From assembly GCA_000091165.1 (NCBI GenBank), contig FP565575.1, forward strand, positions 480,001 to 512,000: a DNA stretch of 32,000 nt. Reading direction: 5' to 3'. This document shows, in pieces, positions 1 to 9,901 of this stretch. Under the pieces are notes generated by a model that did not search any database, was not told the origin of the DNA, and worked only from the letters and a program-made list of their open reading frames with translations. The translations under genes were made by a program, and so were the position numbers. The stretch is from Candidatus Methylomirabilis oxygeniifera. GTDB lineage: Bacteria > Methylomirabilota > Methylomirabilia > Methylomirabilales > Methylomirabilaceae. Each line of letters opens with the position of its first letter. Position 1 is the first letter of the stretch.

Positions 1-401
1 TCGAAGTTCGAAGAGCGGAACTTGATGCCCAATTGATCGCTGAACAGATCGCCTCCCAATTGATGCGCCGAGTCGCGTTCAGACGGGCTATGAAAAAGAC
101 CGTACAGTCCTCGATGCGGCTGGGGGCGCAGGGGGTTCAGATCGCATGCGCCGGCCGGCTGGCCGGGGCGGAGATTGCGCGTAGAGAATGGTATCGTGAG
201 GGACGGATGCCGTTGAACACGCTGCGGGCGAACATCGACTACGGGTTTACCCAGGCGAAGACCACATATGGGCTGATCGGGGTCAAGTGCTGGGTTTACC
301 ATGGTGAGGCGATGCCGGACACGCTGGCGGCTAAACAGGAACGGGAGATACCCCAAGCGGCCCCGCGAAGGCCCAGGGGGCCCAGCCCGGCACAGGGTTA
401 G
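1..401 (+). CDS. rpsC: 30S ribosomal protein uS3, C-terminal part (5' end outside window)
   Basis: Frame 3 is open from the window edge to TAG 399-401. The translation (..[55 protein letters not shown]..) is typical of the uS3 C-terminal half, and the gene sits directly upstream of rplP. Confidence 0.95.
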   Translation, partial: EVRRAELDAQLIAEQIASQLMRRVAFRRAMKKTVQSSMRLGAQGVQIACAGRLAGAEIARREWYREGRMPLNTLRANIDYGFTQAKTTYGLIGVKCWVYHGEAMPDTLAAKQEREIPQAAPRRPRGPSPAQG

Positions 402-409
402 GACACGCG

Positions 410-829
410 ATGCTGGCACCAAAGCGAGTAAAATTTCGGAAGCAACACCGGGGTAGACGGTCGGGAATCGCAGTTGCCGGATCGGCGTTGGCCTTTGGGG
501 AATACGGTCTGAAGGCGCTGGAAGCGGCTTGGATTACCAATCGGCAGATCGAGGCAGCCCGTCGCGCCATGACGCGCCATATTAAGAGAGGCGGCAAGGT
601 GTGGATCCGGATCTTCCCCGATAAGCCGATTACGAAGAAGCCCGCCGAGACCCGGATGGGTAAAGGGAAGGGCGCGCCGGAAGGTTGGGTGGCGGTAGTG
701 AAGCCCGGACGGGTGCTGTGTGAGATGGAGGGGGTGACGGAGGCGATCGCGAAAGAGGCTATGCGTCTTGCCGCCCATAAACTGCCGATCTCCACGCGAT
801 TTGTATCACGTACAATGGCGATGAGCTGA
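410..829 (+). CDS. rplP: 50S ribosomal protein uL16
   Basis: 139 aa. [57 protein letters not shown] is the canonical L16 signature. The S3-L16-L29 gene order supports the call. Confidence 0.97.
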   Translation: MLAPKRVKFRKQHRGRRSGIAVAGSALAFGEYGLKALEAAWITNRQIEAARRAMTRHIKRGGKVWIRIFPDKPITKKPAETRMGKGKGAPEGWVAVVKPGRVLCEMEGVTEAIAKEAMRLAAHKLPISTRFVSRTMAMS

Positions 830-837
830 GGACGACG

Positions 838-1059
838 ATGGATGCGAAAGCGTTTCGTCAACTGGGCGCGGCGGAGTTGGAGCAAAAACTCCACGACACA
901 AGAGATGAGCTTTTTAAGCTGAAGCTGAGGGCCTCGGTCGCGCAACTTGAAAACCCCGCGCGTATCCGGAAACTTCGTCGACAGATTGCCGTCGGAGAGA
1001 CGGTGCGGAGAGAGTCCTTGCGTAAACAGACAGCATCAGAGGTGGAGCCTGCGCCATGA
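838..1059 (+). CDS. rpmC: 50S ribosomal protein uL29
   Basis: 73 aa, L29-like ([46 protein letters not shown]). GAGGA lies 6 nt upstream of the ATG. The stop overlaps the rpsQ start. Confidence 0.95.
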   Translation: MDAKAFRQLGAAELEQKLHDTRDELFKLKLRASVAQLENPARIRKLRRQIAVGETVRRESLRKQTASEVEPAP

Positions 1060-1325
1060 CCGAACCGAAGAAAAGAGGACGTCGAAAATCCTTAGTGGGG
1101 GTCGTGGTGAGCAACAAGATGCAAAAGACTGTTGTCGTCATGGTTGAGCGCCTCGTGCGACATGAGGCATACGGTAAGATGGTTCGTTGTCGGACGAAGA
1201 TGAAAGCCCACGATGAGGACAATCGATGCGGGATGGGCGATAAGGTAGCCATCGAAGAGGCTCGACCTCTGAGTAAAGAGAAACATTGGCGGGTCACGGA
1301 AATCCTGCAGAAGGCGACTGTTTAA
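1056..1325 (+). CDS. rpsQ: 30S ribosomal protein uS17
   Basis: 89 aa. [66 protein letters not shown] is S17-like. There is a 4-nt ATGA overlap with rpmC. Confidence 0.95.
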   Translation: MTEPKKRGRRKSLVGVVVSNKMQKTVVVMVERLVRHEAYGKMVRCRTKMKAHDEDNRCGMGDKVAIEEARPLSKEKHWRVTEILQKATV

Positions 1326-1340
1326 TCCCCTGGAGCAATT

Positions 1341-1709
1341 ATGATTGGTTTGCGAACAATTATGGAGGTGGCCGACAATTCCGGCGCCAAACGGATTTCT
1401 CTGATTAAGGTACTGGGAGGATCCGGCAAGCGGTACGCTCGCTTGGGCGATGTGATCGTCGCGAACGTGAAGGAGGCGGTCCCGGAGGGTTCGGTGAAGA
1501 AGGGCGCCGTCGTGAAGGCGGTTGTGGTCAGGACGTCGAAAGAGCTGCGACGCTCGGATGGCTCTTATATCAAATTCGATCGAAACGCCGCGGTGCTGCT
1601 GAACGAACAGAATAACCCGGTGGGTACGCGGATTTTCGGTCCGGTGGCCCGAGAGCTGCGTGAAGCGCGGTTTATGAAGATTATCTCCCTGGCGCCAGAG
1701 GTGGTTTGA
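1341..1709 (+). CDS. rplN: 50S ribosomal protein uL14
   Basis: 122 aa, the canonical length. [29 protein letters not shown]...[25 protein letters not shown] matches L14. Confidence 0.97.
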   Translation: MIGLRTIMEVADNSGAKRISLIKVLGGSGKRYARLGDVIVANVKEAVPEGSVKKGAVVKAVVVRTSKELRRSDGSYIKFDRNAAVLLNEQNNPVGTRIFGPVARELREARFMKIISLAPEVV

Positions 1710-1736
1710 GGTCGCGAGGGTTGAATCTGTGAGGAC

Positions 1737-2069
1737 ATGATGGCAGTGGGACAGGGGCTTCCGATCAAGAAAAACGATCTGGTCGCCGTAATTGCAGGGA
1801 AGGACAAGGGGAAGCGGGGCAAGATCGTCAAGGTCATCCCCAAGACTACGCGAGTCCTGGTGGAAAAGGTGAATCTGGTGAAACGCCACACCAAGCCGGG
1901 ACGCGATTCGAAGCAGGGGGGAATTCTTGAACGCGAGAACCCGATACACGCCTCGAACCTGATGTTGGTGTGTAACAAGTGCGATCGTCCTGTCCGCGTC
2001 GGCTTTAGTCGTCTCGCTAATGGCCGAAAGGTGCGGGTGTGTAAAAAGTGCGGCGAGTTAGTGGATTAG
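1737..2069 (+). CDS. rplX: 50S ribosomal protein uL24 (Cys-quartet form)
   Basis: 110 aa with a KOW-type N-terminus ([21 protein letters not shown]). The C-terminus carries CxxC..CxxC. The start could be ATG 1737 or ATG 1740. Confidence 0.93.
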   Translation: MMAVGQGLPIKKNDLVAVIAGKDKGKRGKIVKVIPKTTRVLVEKVNLVKRHTKPGRDSKQGGILERENPIHASNLMLVCNKCDRPVRVGFSRLANGRKVRVCKKCGELVD

Positions 2070-2076
2070 GGGAAGG

Positions 2077-2694
2077 ATGATGGCACGGGAAGCTAAAACC
2101 AAGAAGAAAGAGAAGACGGACGAAAAGGGGGCTGTCGCAGCGTCTCGCGTGGTACCGCGACTCCGCGAACGTTTTCGCGAGGTCATAGCGCCTGCTCTCA
2201 TGAAGCAATTCCGCTATAAGAACGTCTGGCAGGTACCCCGCCCATCGAAGATCGTCATCAACATGGGGTTGGGGGAGGCCGTCGCGAACGTCAAGGTGAT
2301 CGATGCGGCCGTCGAGGAGCTGTCGGCCGTCACGGGGCAGAAGCCGGTCGTCACGCGTGCGAGGAAGTCTGAGGCGGGGTTCAAGCTGAGGACGGGGGTT
2401 CCTATCGGCTGCAAGGTGACACTGCGAGGAGACCGGATGTATGAGTTTCTTGATCGTTTCGTAAATGTCGCGCTCCCGCGCATTCGGGACTTTCGGGGCG
2501 TCCCCGCCAAGTCTTTCGACGGTCGCGGCAATTACAATCTGGGCGTGAGAGAACAACTCATCTTTCCGGAGATCAAATACGACAAGGTGGATGCCGTTCG
2601 CGGGATGGATATCGCCATAGAGACCTCCGCCAGGACGGATGAGCATGCGCGCGCGCTTTTGGAACATCTGGGATTTCCCTTTCAGAAGAGTTAG
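2077..2694 (+). CDS. rplE: 50S ribosomal protein uL5 with a Lys/Glu-rich N-terminal extension
   Basis: 205 aa. The core [42 protein letters not shown] is L5-like. GGGGAAGGA lies just upstream of ATG 2077/2080. The in-frame GTG near 2149 has no comparable SD. Confidence 0.93.
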   Translation: MMAREAKTKKKEKTDEKGAVAASRVVPRLRERFREVIAPALMKQFRYKNVWQVPRPSKIVINMGLGEAVANVKVIDAAVEELSAVTGQKPVVTRARKSEAGFKLRTGVPIGCKVTLRGDRMYEFLDRFVNVALPRIRDFRGVPAKSFDGRGNYNLGVREQLIFPEIKYDKVDAVRGMDIAIETSARTDEHARALLEHLGFPFQKS

Positions 2695-2769
2695 TGCAGC
2701 GGATGACCGGCAGCCGTCATCCGGCGAATTGCTGCTGCGGGCCGACCGCTGAGAGCTCGGGAGTAATGT

Positions 2770-2955
2770 ATGGCTAAACTATCGCTGATCGTGAAGAGCC
2801 GGCGTACGCCGAAATTCCAGGTGCGCGCCTATCACCGGTGTCGTATCTGCGGACGGCCGCGCGGCTACCTCAGGAAGTTCGAAATGTGCCGAATCTGCTT
2901 CCGGGATCTGGCGCTCCGGGGAGAGATCCCCGGTGTTATCAAGGCCAGTTGGTAG
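2770..2955 (+). CDS. rpsN: 30S ribosomal protein uS14, short zinc-binding (type Z) form
   Basis: 61 aa with [22 protein letters not shown] (CxxC..CxxC) and a ..KASW C-terminus. GGGAG lies 6 nt upstream of the ATG. Confidence 0.96.
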   Translation: MAKLSLIVKSRRTPKFQVRAYHRCRICGRPRGYLRKFEMCRICFRDLALRGEIPGVIKASW

Positions 2956-3034
2956 AAGAGTCGCGTGCTATGGATCGCAGGCTTGAGCATTCCGGACGCG
3001 GAACATCGAACGCTAAACGTGGAGCAAGTTGACC

Positions 3035-3430
3035 ATGATGACCGATCCCATCGCTGATTTACTGACGAGGGTCAGGAACGCCAATCTGGCTGTCCATGAC
3101 AAAGTCCACATCCCGGCTTCCAGAGTGAAGGTGGAGATTGCCAAGGTCCTGCGGGAGGAAGGGTACATTAAGAACTTTAAGGTACTCGATGGTGACCCCC
3201 AACCAGTGCTTCGGATTGACATGAAGTACGGTGCCGGGGATCAACGGATCCTTATGGGTCTTCGACGAGTCAGTCGCCCGGGACTGCGGGTCTATGCAAC
3301 GTCACGGCGGCTACCTCGAGTCATGAACGGTCTAGGCGTCGCGATCCTTTCGACCTCGCAGGGGATCATGACGGAGCGCGTGGCCAGAGATCGCGGGGTA
3401 GGCGGCGAGGTGCTGTGCTACGTCTGGTAA
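3035..3430 (+). CDS. rpsH: 30S ribosomal protein uS8
   Basis: [19 protein letters not shown].. is the canonical S8 N-terminus. The ORF track starts at TTG 3029, but GGAG 3021-3024 is better spaced for ATG 3035. Confidence 0.94.
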   Translation: MMTDPIADLLTRVRNANLAVHDKVHIPASRVKVEIAKVLREEGYIKNFKVLDGDPQPVLRIDMKYGAGDQRILMGLRRVSRPGLRVYATSRRLPRVMNGLGVAILSTSQGIMTERVARDRGVGGEVLCYVW

Positions 3431-3526
3431 GCGCGTAGTGTGAGGCCGTTGAGAGAAAGTGCGAAAGTCGACTTGGGGCCCGTTACGGCCATGACACTGC
3501 TGCATCGTAGAGGAAACGAGTAGAGT

Positions 3527-4063
3527 ATGTCGCGAATCGGAAGGAAGCCGATCCCGTTTTCGAATCAAGTCAAGGTCGAGATTGCGGGAGGCAGTATCTC
3601 TGTTCAGGGGCCGAAGGGTAAGTTGGCCATGCGCCTCCATCCCGCTATGGCGGTGAAGGTTGAGGATAGCCAGCTTCATTGTACGCGCCCAACGGACAAT
3701 AAACTTCATCGTTCGCTCCATGGGCTGACTCGCACGCTGATCGCGAATATGGTCGAGGGAGTCACCAAGGGCTTCGAGAAGAAGCTGGAGATGGTCGGAG
3801 TCGGTTATCGCGCCTCGGTGCAGGGCAGGAATCTGTCGCTGATGCTGGGATATTCGCATCCTCTCGTATTTCCGTTGCCGGAGGGGATCAATGTGGCTGT
3901 AGAGAGTCAAAATCTCCTGACGGTCTCCGGGTCGGACAAACAACAGGTGGGAGCGGTGGCCGCCAAGATCAGAAGTCTCAGACCGCCGGAGCCGTACAAG
4001 GGAAAAGGGGTCAAGTACGCGGGCGAGCGCATTCGTCGTAAGGCTGGAAAGACGGGGGCGTAG
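3527..4063 (+). CDS. rplF: 50S ribosomal protein uL6
   Basis: 178 aa. [56 protein letters not shown] is L6-like. Confidence 0.96.
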   Translation: MSRIGRKPIPFSNQVKVEIAGGSISVQGPKGKLAMRLHPAMAVKVEDSQLHCTRPTDNKLHRSLHGLTRTLIANMVEGVTKGFEKKLEMVGVGYRASVQGRNLSLMLGYSHPLVFPLPEGINVAVESQNLLTVSGSDKQQVGAVAAKIRSLRPPEPYKGKGVKYAGERIRRKAGKTGA

Positions 4064-4094
4064 CTTCGATTACGCGTCTGAGGGAGGAGTCGAG

Positions 4095-4463
4095 TTGGCC
4101 GGTTACGAAGGAAAACACGAACGGCGAGTGCGGCGTCATCGCCGGATCAGAAAGCGCGTTACAGGTAGCGCCGCCTGCCCACGGCTGTGTGTGTTCAGGA
4201 GCGCCCGCCATATTTACGCCCAGATTGTCGATGACGAGCAGGGTAAGACGCTTGCGGCCGCCTCCACCCTTTCAAGGGAGATCAGAGAACAGGGTAAAAT
4301 GGAGAGTAAGACGGCGGCTGCTCGGGCCGTCGGCGAGCTGTTGGCGACCAAGGCCTTGGCGGCCGACATTTCTCGAGTGGTTTTTGACCGCGGTGGGTTC
4401 AAGTTCCACGGACGGGTGAAGGCCCTGGCTGTCGGCCTTGGAGAAAAAGGTGTCAAGCTCTGA
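4095..4463 (+). CDS. rplR: 50S ribosomal protein uL18
   Basis: 122 aa with a TTG start preceded by AGGGAGGAG (4081-4089). [44 protein letters not shown] is L18-like. Confidence 0.94.
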   Translation: MAGYEGKHERRVRRHRRIRKRVTGSAACPRLCVFRSARHIYAQIVDDEQGKTLAAASTLSREIREQGKMESKTAAARAVGELLATKALAADISRVVFDRGGFKFHGRVKALAVGLGEKGVKL

Positions 4464-4530
4464 TATCGTTTTTAGTTTTCAGTGTCCCGACGCTCGAGAC
4501 TAAAAGCAGACCTGAAGAGAAGGAGAGGAT

Positions 4531-5040
4531 TTGAACCAGATCAAAGCTGACTCGCTGAACCTTGCCGAGCGTATTGTCCACATTAATCGAGTCGCCAAGG
4601 TGGTCAAAGGCGGACGGCGATTCACGTTTAGCGCCCTTGTCGTGGTGGGTGATCAGAACGGACATGTCGGGATCGGACTCGGCAAAGCGCACGAGGTGCC
4701 GGAGGCAATTCGTAAGGGGATCGAGGCTGCCAAGAAGGATTTAGTCGGCATAACGCTGGCACGCACGAGCATCCCCCACGAGGTTGTCGGTCGGTTCGGC
4801 TCCAGCCGGGTGATCCTCAAGCCGGCCTCACAGGGCACCGGAGTCGTGGCGGGCAGGGCGGCCCGCGCTGTATTGGAGGCGGCGGGTGTTCGGAATGTCC
4901 TGTCGAAATCGCTGGGATCTGATAATCCTCACAACGTTGTGAAGGCGACGTTGCAGGGCTTGCAGTCGCTTCGGGCGCCGGAAGACGTGGCACGCGCACG
5001 AGGCGCGCGTCAAGCAGGATTGATCGCTCAAGGGGCATAA
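4531..5040 (+). CDS. rpsE: 30S ribosomal protein uS5
   Basis: 169 aa with a TTG start preceded by [57 protein letters not shown] is S5-like. Confidence 0.95.
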   Translation: MNQIKADSLNLAERIVHINRVAKVVKGGRRFTFSALVVVGDQNGHVGIGLGKAHEVPEAIRKGIEAAKKDLVGITLARTSIPHEVVGRFGSSRVILKPASQGTGVVAGRAARAVLEAAGVRNVLSKSLGSDNPHNVVKATLQGLQSLRAPEDVARARGARQAGLIAQGA

Positions 5041-5041
5041 A

Positions 5042-5242
5042 ATGGACAAGGGTCTGCGTATCATCCTCCGAAAAAGTAAGATCGGCCATCCGGCGCACCA
5101 GGATCGAGTCCTCGCAGGGCTCGGGTTGCGCAGAATCAATCAGTCTGTCGTTCGCGCCGATACCCCGAATATTCGGGGAATGATCAGAAAGGTGATTCAC
5201 CTGGTCGAGGTCCAGCAGGTTGATAGCGAGGAGAGGGGATGA
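5042..5242 (+). CDS. rpmD: 50S ribosomal protein uL30
   Basis: 66 aa. [53 protein letters not shown] is L30-like. It sits between rpsE and rplO. Confidence 0.93.
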   Translation: MDKGLRIILRKSKIGHPAHQDRVLAGLGLRRINQSVVRADTPNIRGMIRKVIHLVEVQQVDSEERG

Positions 5243-5685
5243 AGCTGCACGAGTTAAAGCCGCCAGCGGGTGCAAGCCGGCGTAGGAAACGTGTCGGCCG
5301 AGGGACCGGCTCAGGACATGGAAAGACCTCGGGCAGAGGCGAAAAGGGCCAGAAAGCGCGCTCTGGCGCCCATATCCATCCCTGGTTCGAGGGCGGTCAG
5401 CTTCCGCTGCATCGCCGTGTACCAAAGCGAGGGTTTACCAACAGATTTAAGAAGGTCTATGCGACCGTAAACCTGCAGGACCTGGAGCGATTTGAACCCG
5501 GAACTAAAGTCACGCCTGGGCTACTGCAAGAGCGAAGGCTTGTCAAGGACCTCAAGGCGGGATTGAAGATTCTGGCCGACGGAGTTCTCAGCAAGCCTCT
5601 ATGCGTTGCGGCACATAAGTTCTCTAAGCGGTCGATGGAGAAGATCCTTGCTTCCGGTGGGACAGTCGAGGTTATTGGCGCATGA
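5239..5685 (+). CDS. rplO: 50S ribosomal protein uL15
   Basis: 148 aa. [43 protein letters not shown] is L15-like. It overlaps rpmD and secY by 4 nt each. Confidence 0.96.
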   Translation: MKLHELKPPAGASRRRKRVGRGTGSGHGKTSGRGEKGQKARSGAHIHPWFEGGQLPLHRRVPKRGFTNRFKKVYATVNLQDLERFEPGTKVTPGLLQERRLVKDLKAGLKILADGVLSKPLCVAAHKFSKRSMEKILASGGTVEVIGA

Positions 5686-6992
5686 TGGAGGGCGTTGGGA
5701 ATATCTTCAGAGTTCCTGAGCTTAAGAAGCGAATCATCTTCACCGTTCTTGCGCTGATTGCCTACCGGCTTGGGTCCCACATCCCGACGCCAGGCATCGA
5801 TGCCCACGCGCTGTCGGCGTTTTTTCAGCAGGCAGGGGGGACACTACTCGGCTTCTTCGATCTGTTTTCCGGGGGCGCGCTGCGCCGTCTCAGCATTTTT
5901 GCACTCGGTATTATGCCGTATATCAGCGCGTCGATCATCCTGCAACTCCTTGCCGTTGTGTTTCCCCCCCTGGAAAAGCTGAGTAAAGAAGGAGAGGCGG
6001 GACGTAAGAAGATCTCACAATATACGCGGTACGGCACAGTGTTGCTTGCCGCAATCCAGGCCATGGGGATTGCCATCGGCCTTGAAAGCATGCGTAGTCC
6101 CCTCGACGAGCAGATCGTAATAAATCCGGGCATAGGCTTTCGTGTGATGACCACGATTACGCTGACCACCGGAGCGATCTTTCTTATGTGGCTTGGCGAG
6201 CAGATCACTGAGCGAGGGATCGGTAATGGGATCTCACTTCTCATTTTTGCCGGTATCATTGTCCGGATGCCTGAAGCGATCGTCAATACCTGGCGCCTGC
6301 TGACCACGGGTGAATTGAACGCTCTGTCGCTGCTGATCGTCCTGATTCTGATGGTGTTGGTCGTAGCCGGGGTGATCATTATGACGCTCGGCCAGCGACC
6401 GATCGTAGTGCAGTATGCCAAAAGGGTTGTCGGACGTCGGATCTATGGAGGCCAGAGCACGCATATCCCGTTGCGAATCAACACCGCCGGCGTGATCCCG
6501 GTGATCTTTGCCGCCTCTATCATCGTATTCCCGGCTACGATCGCGCAATTTTTTAATCACCCATGGATGCAGGCTCTCGCCAGAGCGCTTTCTCCGGCTA
6601 CCGTGACCTATACGGTGCTCTATGCGATAGCCATCATTTTCTTTACCTACTTTTACACCGCTATTGTCTTCAATCCGATCGACGTCGCCGATAACATGAG
6701 AAAGTACGGAGGTTTTATCCCTGGTATTCGACCGGGCGCGAAGACGGCGGAATTTATCGAGAAGGTGTTGGATCGAATCACGTTGGTCGGGGCGATCTAT
6801 CTGACGCTGATTTCGATTCTCCCTGAATTATTGATCACTACGATGAATGTCCCGTTTTTCTTTGGGGGAACATCCCTCCTGATCGTGGTTGGTGTCGCAT
6901 TAGACACTGTGCAGCAGGTCGAGTCTCACCTGGTCATGCGTCACTATGAGGGGTTCCTGAAGAAGACTCGAATTAAAGGTAGACTGGGGTAA
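5682..6992 (+). CDS. secY: Preprotein translocase subunit SecY
   Basis: 436 aa polytopic membrane protein with [16 protein letters not shown] and [23 protein letters not shown] motifs. Canonical position after rplO. Confidence 0.97.
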   Translation: MMEGVGNIFRVPELKKRIIFTVLALIAYRLGSHIPTPGIDAHALSAFFQQAGGTLLGFFDLFSGGALRRLSIFALGIMPYISASIILQLLAVVFPPLEKLSKEGEAGRKKISQYTRYGTVLLAAIQAMGIAIGLESMRSPLDEQIVINPGIGFRVMTTITLTTGAIFLMWLGEQITERGIGNGISLLIFAGIIVRMPEAIVNTWRLLTTGELNALSLLIVLILMVLVVAGVIIMTLGQRPIVVQYAKRVVGRRIYGGQSTHIPLRINTAGVIPVIFAASIIVFPATIAQFFNHPWMQALARALSPATVTYTVLYAIAIIFFTYFYTAIVFNPIDVADNMRKYGGFIPGIRPGAKTAEFIEKVLDRITLVGAIYLTLISILPELLITTMNVPFFFGGTSLLIVVGVALDTVQQVESHLVMRHYEGFLKKTRIKGRLG

Positions 6993-6998
6993 TGAGTC

Positions 6999-7646
6999 AT
7001 GCGGCTCGTCCTGCTGGGACCGCCTGGCGCCGGCAAGGGGACGCAGGCCAGGCTGCTGACGGCCAAGTGTGATGGTGCGCATGTCTCCGCCGGAGACCTG
7101 CTGCGACAGGCAGTGGCCGATGGCTCGGAGTGGGGGCGTACCGCCAAATCGATTATGGCGCAGGGCGCTCTGCTGCCGGACGGCGTGGTCATCGAGATTA
7201 TCGAGAAACGGCTGCGTCAACCGGATTGCGCCGGCGGCTATATCCTGGACGGGTTTCCGCGCACGTTGCGACAGGCGGAGGCGCTCTCGGATGTTCTGAA
7301 GCTGTTGGACGCCCCGTTGGATCGGGTCATCAGCGTCGAGGTATCCGAAGACGATCTGGTGAGTCGATTGGCGGGTCGTCGGGTGTGTCGGGCCTGCGGA
7401 TCGATGTTTCATGTAGACACGAAGCCGCCGGTACGGATCGGGGCATGCGATAACTGTGGAGATCCGCTCTTTCAGAGGGACGATGATAAGGAGGACACGA
7501 TTCGCCATCGCCTGCGGGTCTATCGGGAGCAGACTGAGCCCCTGATCGCTTATTACAATAAGATGGGGCTACTGAGGCGAATCGACGGACACGGGACGAT
7601 CGAAGAGATTGCTCGACGCATCCATCGCGCCATGGGGGACGGATAG
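6999..7646 (+). CDS. adk: Adenylate kinase (Zn-lid type)
   Basis: 215 aa. P-loop LLGPPGAGKGTQA, DGFPRT motif, and a lid with CRACG..CDNCG. Confidence 0.96.
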   Translation: MRLVLLGPPGAGKGTQARLLTAKCDGAHVSAGDLLRQAVADGSEWGRTAKSIMAQGALLPDGVVIEIIEKRLRQPDCAGGYILDGFPRTLRQAEALSDVLKLLDAPLDRVISVEVSEDDLVSRLAGRRVCRACGSMFHVDTKPPVRIGACDNCGDPLFQRDDDKEDTIRHRLRVYREQTEPLIAYYNKMGLLRRIDGHGTIEEIARRIHRAMGDG

Positions 7647-7654
7647 CAACAGTT

Positions 7655-8434
7655 ATGATGATCTTGAAATCTCCCTGGGAAATTGACCTGATGCGCAAGA
7701 GCAGTCGGATTGTGGCGGAAACGCTCGAGAAGCTGGAGGGCCTAATCGAACCGGGACTGCCTACTTTGGAGTTGGACCGATTTGCAGAGGCCTATATCCT
7801 GCGACGAGGGGGCAAGCCGGCGTTTAAGGGCTATCGTGGCTACCCTTACACGCTCTGCGTATCCGTAAACGAACAGGTCGTCCATGCGTTCCCTTCGGGA
7901 AGGCGTCTGGAGGATGGTGACATCGTGAGTCTGGACCTTGGTGTTGTGGTTGATGGATATTACGGAGATGCCGCGATCACGGTTCCCGTGGGCAAGGTGT
8001 CCGTGGAGGCTCAACGTCTGATTGCTGCGACGCGAGGGGCGCTTTCTCAGGCGATTCGGGCTGTGCGGCCGGGAAATCATCTCTCCGATATCTCTCACGC
8101 GGTGCAGTCCGCTATCGAGACTCATGGGTTCTCGGTCGTGCGGCTGTTTGTAGGTCATGGAATCGGTCGAGCGCTTCATGAGGAACCGCAGATTCCGAAC
8201 TTCGGCCCTCCGGCCCAAGGCCCTGTACTCAAATCCGGGTTGGTTCTGGCTATCGAACCGATGGCGAATGCCGGCGGCGCAGACGTCATGATTCTCGATG
8301 ATCGTTGGACAGCGGTCACGCGAGACCACTCTCTTTCCGCCCATTTTGAGCATACCGTTGCGCTGACTGAAGATGGCGTTCAGGTGCTTACCGGTGTTGC
8401 CGAAGACGAGCCGTCCGAGGAAGCGAAACGCTGA
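7655..8434 (+). CDS. map: Type I methionine aminopeptidase
   Basis: 259 aa. [49 protein letters not shown] and HFEHTV metal-ligand motifs are present. Confidence 0.96.
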   Translation: MMILKSPWEIDLMRKSSRIVAETLEKLEGLIEPGLPTLELDRFAEAYILRRGGKPAFKGYRGYPYTLCVSVNEQVVHAFPSGRRLEDGDIVSLDLGVVVDGYYGDAAITVPVGKVSVEAQRLIAATRGALSQAIRAVRPGNHLSDISHAVQSAIETHGFSVVRLFVGHGIGRALHEEPQIPNFGPPAQGPVLKSGLVLAIEPMANAGGADVMILDDRWTAVTRDHSLSAHFEHTVALTEDGVQVLTGVAEDEPSEEAKR

Positions 8435-8652
8435 TGCCGAAGGAAGAGGCGATTGAGGTTGAGGGGACTGTCATTGAGCCGTTACCGAATGCCATGTTTC
8501 GAGTAGAATTGGAAACGGGACATAAGGTGCTGGCGCACATCTCCGGAAAGATGCGCATGCATTTCATTCGAATTCTCCCGGGCGATAAGGTGATCGTAGA
8601 ACTGTCCCCATACGATTTGACGCGAGGACGAATCATTTACCGATATAAATAG
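8434..8652 (+). CDS. infA: Translation initiation factor IF-1
   Basis: 72 aa. [70 protein letters not shown] is IF-1. The ATG shares 1 nt with the map stop codon. Confidence 0.97.
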   Translation: MPKEEAIEVEGTVIEPLPNAMFRVELETGHKVLAHISGKMRMHFIRILPGDKVIVELSPYDLTRGRIIYRYK

Positions 8653-8707
8653 CTGTGAAGATGAAGGGTGTCAGGGTAATGAATGATTCCGTGACGTGGG
8701 GGTTATC

Positions 8708-8821
8708 ATGAAGGTTCGAGCGTCGGTAAAGCCGATATGCGAGAAGTGTAAGATCATTCGACGAAAAAGGGTGCTGCGGATCGTATGTGAAAATCCTCGG
8801 CACAAACAACGCCAGGGGTAG
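8708..8821 (+). CDS. rpmJ: 50S ribosomal protein bL36 (Zn form)
   Basis: Not in the ORF track because it is 37 aa. My own translation of 8708-8821 gives [37 protein letters not shown] followed by TAG 8819-8821. This is the canonical L36 with C..C..C..H, in the expected position between infA and rpsM. Confidence 0.93.
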   Translation: MKVRASVKPICEKCKIIRRKRVLRIVCENPRHKQRQG

Positions 8822-8920
8822 AGAGTTCGTGGTTCAAAGTTCAGAGTGAGGGTGTCGGCTTGTTTCAGAGATGGCGTCATGTATGTGAGTATGGTTGCAT
8901 GAACCATGAACTCTGAACGA
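8822..8920 (+). promoter_or_regulatory. Structured rpmJ-rpsM spacer with a 15-bp stem; candidate alpha-operon (S4) leader element
   Basis: AGAGTTCGTGGTTCA (8822-8836) pairs with TGAACCATGAACTCT (8900-8914) over 15 bp, one of them a G.U pair. An alternative perfect 9-bp pairing joins 8839-8847 to 8910-8918. The structure is read directly from the sequence; the function is inferred. Confidence 0.4.
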
Positions 8921-8934
8921 AAAAGGGGAATCGT

Positions 8935-9309
8935 ATGGCACGTATCGCCGGGGTAGATCTTCCGAGGGAAAAACGGCTTGAGGTAGCGCTGACGTATATC
9001 TTCGGCATTGGTCGCTCTGCTTCCCGCAAAATCTTGCAGGACTCCGGGGTTCATTCGGACGTTCGCGTCAAGGATCTCACTGAAGAGGAGATCACAAAGC
9101 TGCGGCGTACCATTGAGGGAAACTACAGGGTTGAAGGGGATCTCAGGCGTGAGGTCTCGATGAACATCAAACGGCTCATGGATATAGGCGCCTACCGGGG
9201 TCTCAGGCATCGCCGGGGACTCCCGGTCCGCGGCCAGCGAACCAGCACGAATGCCAGAACGCGCAAAGGGCCTCGCCGGACGGTCGGCGCGAAGAGTAAG
9301 AAAACGTAG
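8935..9309 (+). CDS. rpsM: 30S ribosomal protein uS13
   Basis: 124 aa. [62 protein letters not shown] is S13. Confidence 0.97.
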   Translation: MARIAGVDLPREKRLEVALTYIFGIGRSASRKILQDSGVHSDVRVKDLTEEEITKLRRTIEGNYRVEGDLRREVSMNIKRLMDIGAYRGLRHRRGLPVRGQRTSTNARTRKGPRRTVGAKSKKT

Positions 9310-9323
9310 CCGGGTTTATTGTC

Positions 9324-9358
9324 GGGCTGACGGCTGATCGGTGAGATCTGATCGCTGA
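9324..9358 (+). repeat. Five tandem heptamers (NNNNTGA)x5 in the rpsM-rpsK spacer
   Basis: gggcTGA cggcTGA tcggTGA gatcTGA tcgcTGA. The final A of each TGA falls at 9330, 9337, 9344, 9351 and 9358, exactly 7 nt apart. Confidence 0.8.
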
Positions 9359-9373
9359 GCTATTGGAGGAAGA

Positions 9374-9784
9374 ATGGCGGAAGAAACAAAACCGCGGCGT
9401 CCGGCGGGACGCGCGGGAGGCAGGAAAGAGGCGAAGAATATCGCTCACGGAATTGCCTGCGTCCAGGCGACATTCAACAATACCATCGTCACTATCACCG
9501 ATGTGGCCGGTAATGTCATCGCTTGGGCCAGTGCCGGCTCGGTCGGGTTCAAGGGTTCCCGTAAGAGTACCCCGTTTGCCGCTCAAAGGGCTGCTGATAG
9601 CGCTGCGCAGAAGGCAATGAGCCAGGGCATGAAAGAAGTGAAGGTCTTCGTGAAAGGCCCGGGCGCCGGGCGGGAAGCGGCCATTCGAGCCTTGCAGGCG
9701 GCAGGCATGGAGATTGTGGCGATCAAGGATGTGACGCCGATTCCACATAACGGTTGTCGGCCGTCCAAGCGGAGACGTGTATGA
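9374..9784 (+). CDS. rpsK: 30S ribosomal protein uS11
   Basis: 136 aa. [64 protein letters not shown] is S11. GGAGGAAG lies upstream of the ATG. Confidence 0.97.
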   Translation: MAEETKPRRPAGRAGGRKEAKNIAHGIACVQATFNNTIVTITDVAGNVIAWASAGSVGFKGSRKSTPFAAQRAADSAAQKAMSQGMKEVKVFVKGPGAGREAAIRALQAAGMEIVAIKDVTPIPHNGCRPSKRRRV

Positions 9785-9901
9785 GACAGTCGTTCCTGGC
9801 GACACATCATCCGGTCATTCCCGGAAAGAGTATCAAGAGCGCGATCCGCCGAAGTATGAGGGTGACGGGGGGCAGCACCACTCCCCTGGGAGGAGGGGTT
9901 C

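Noticed and set aside
7069-7453. Same-strand alternative-frame ORFs inside adk (7069-7299, 7130-7453). Similar cases lie inside infB (17106-17327), the PHP gene (20056-20592) and pnp (24333-24926).
   Set aside because: They are fully nested in conserved genes in other frames. Their composition is Arg/Gly/Pro/Ser-rich and typical of off-frame GC-rich sequence, with no SD or recognisable motifs.
9324-9358. Whether the heptamer arrays here, and at the other listed loci, could be CRISPR or another spacer-repeat array.
   Set aside because: The units are 7 nt and directly abutting with no spacers. There are only 2-5 copies per locus and no cas genes. The pattern is incompatible with CRISPR.
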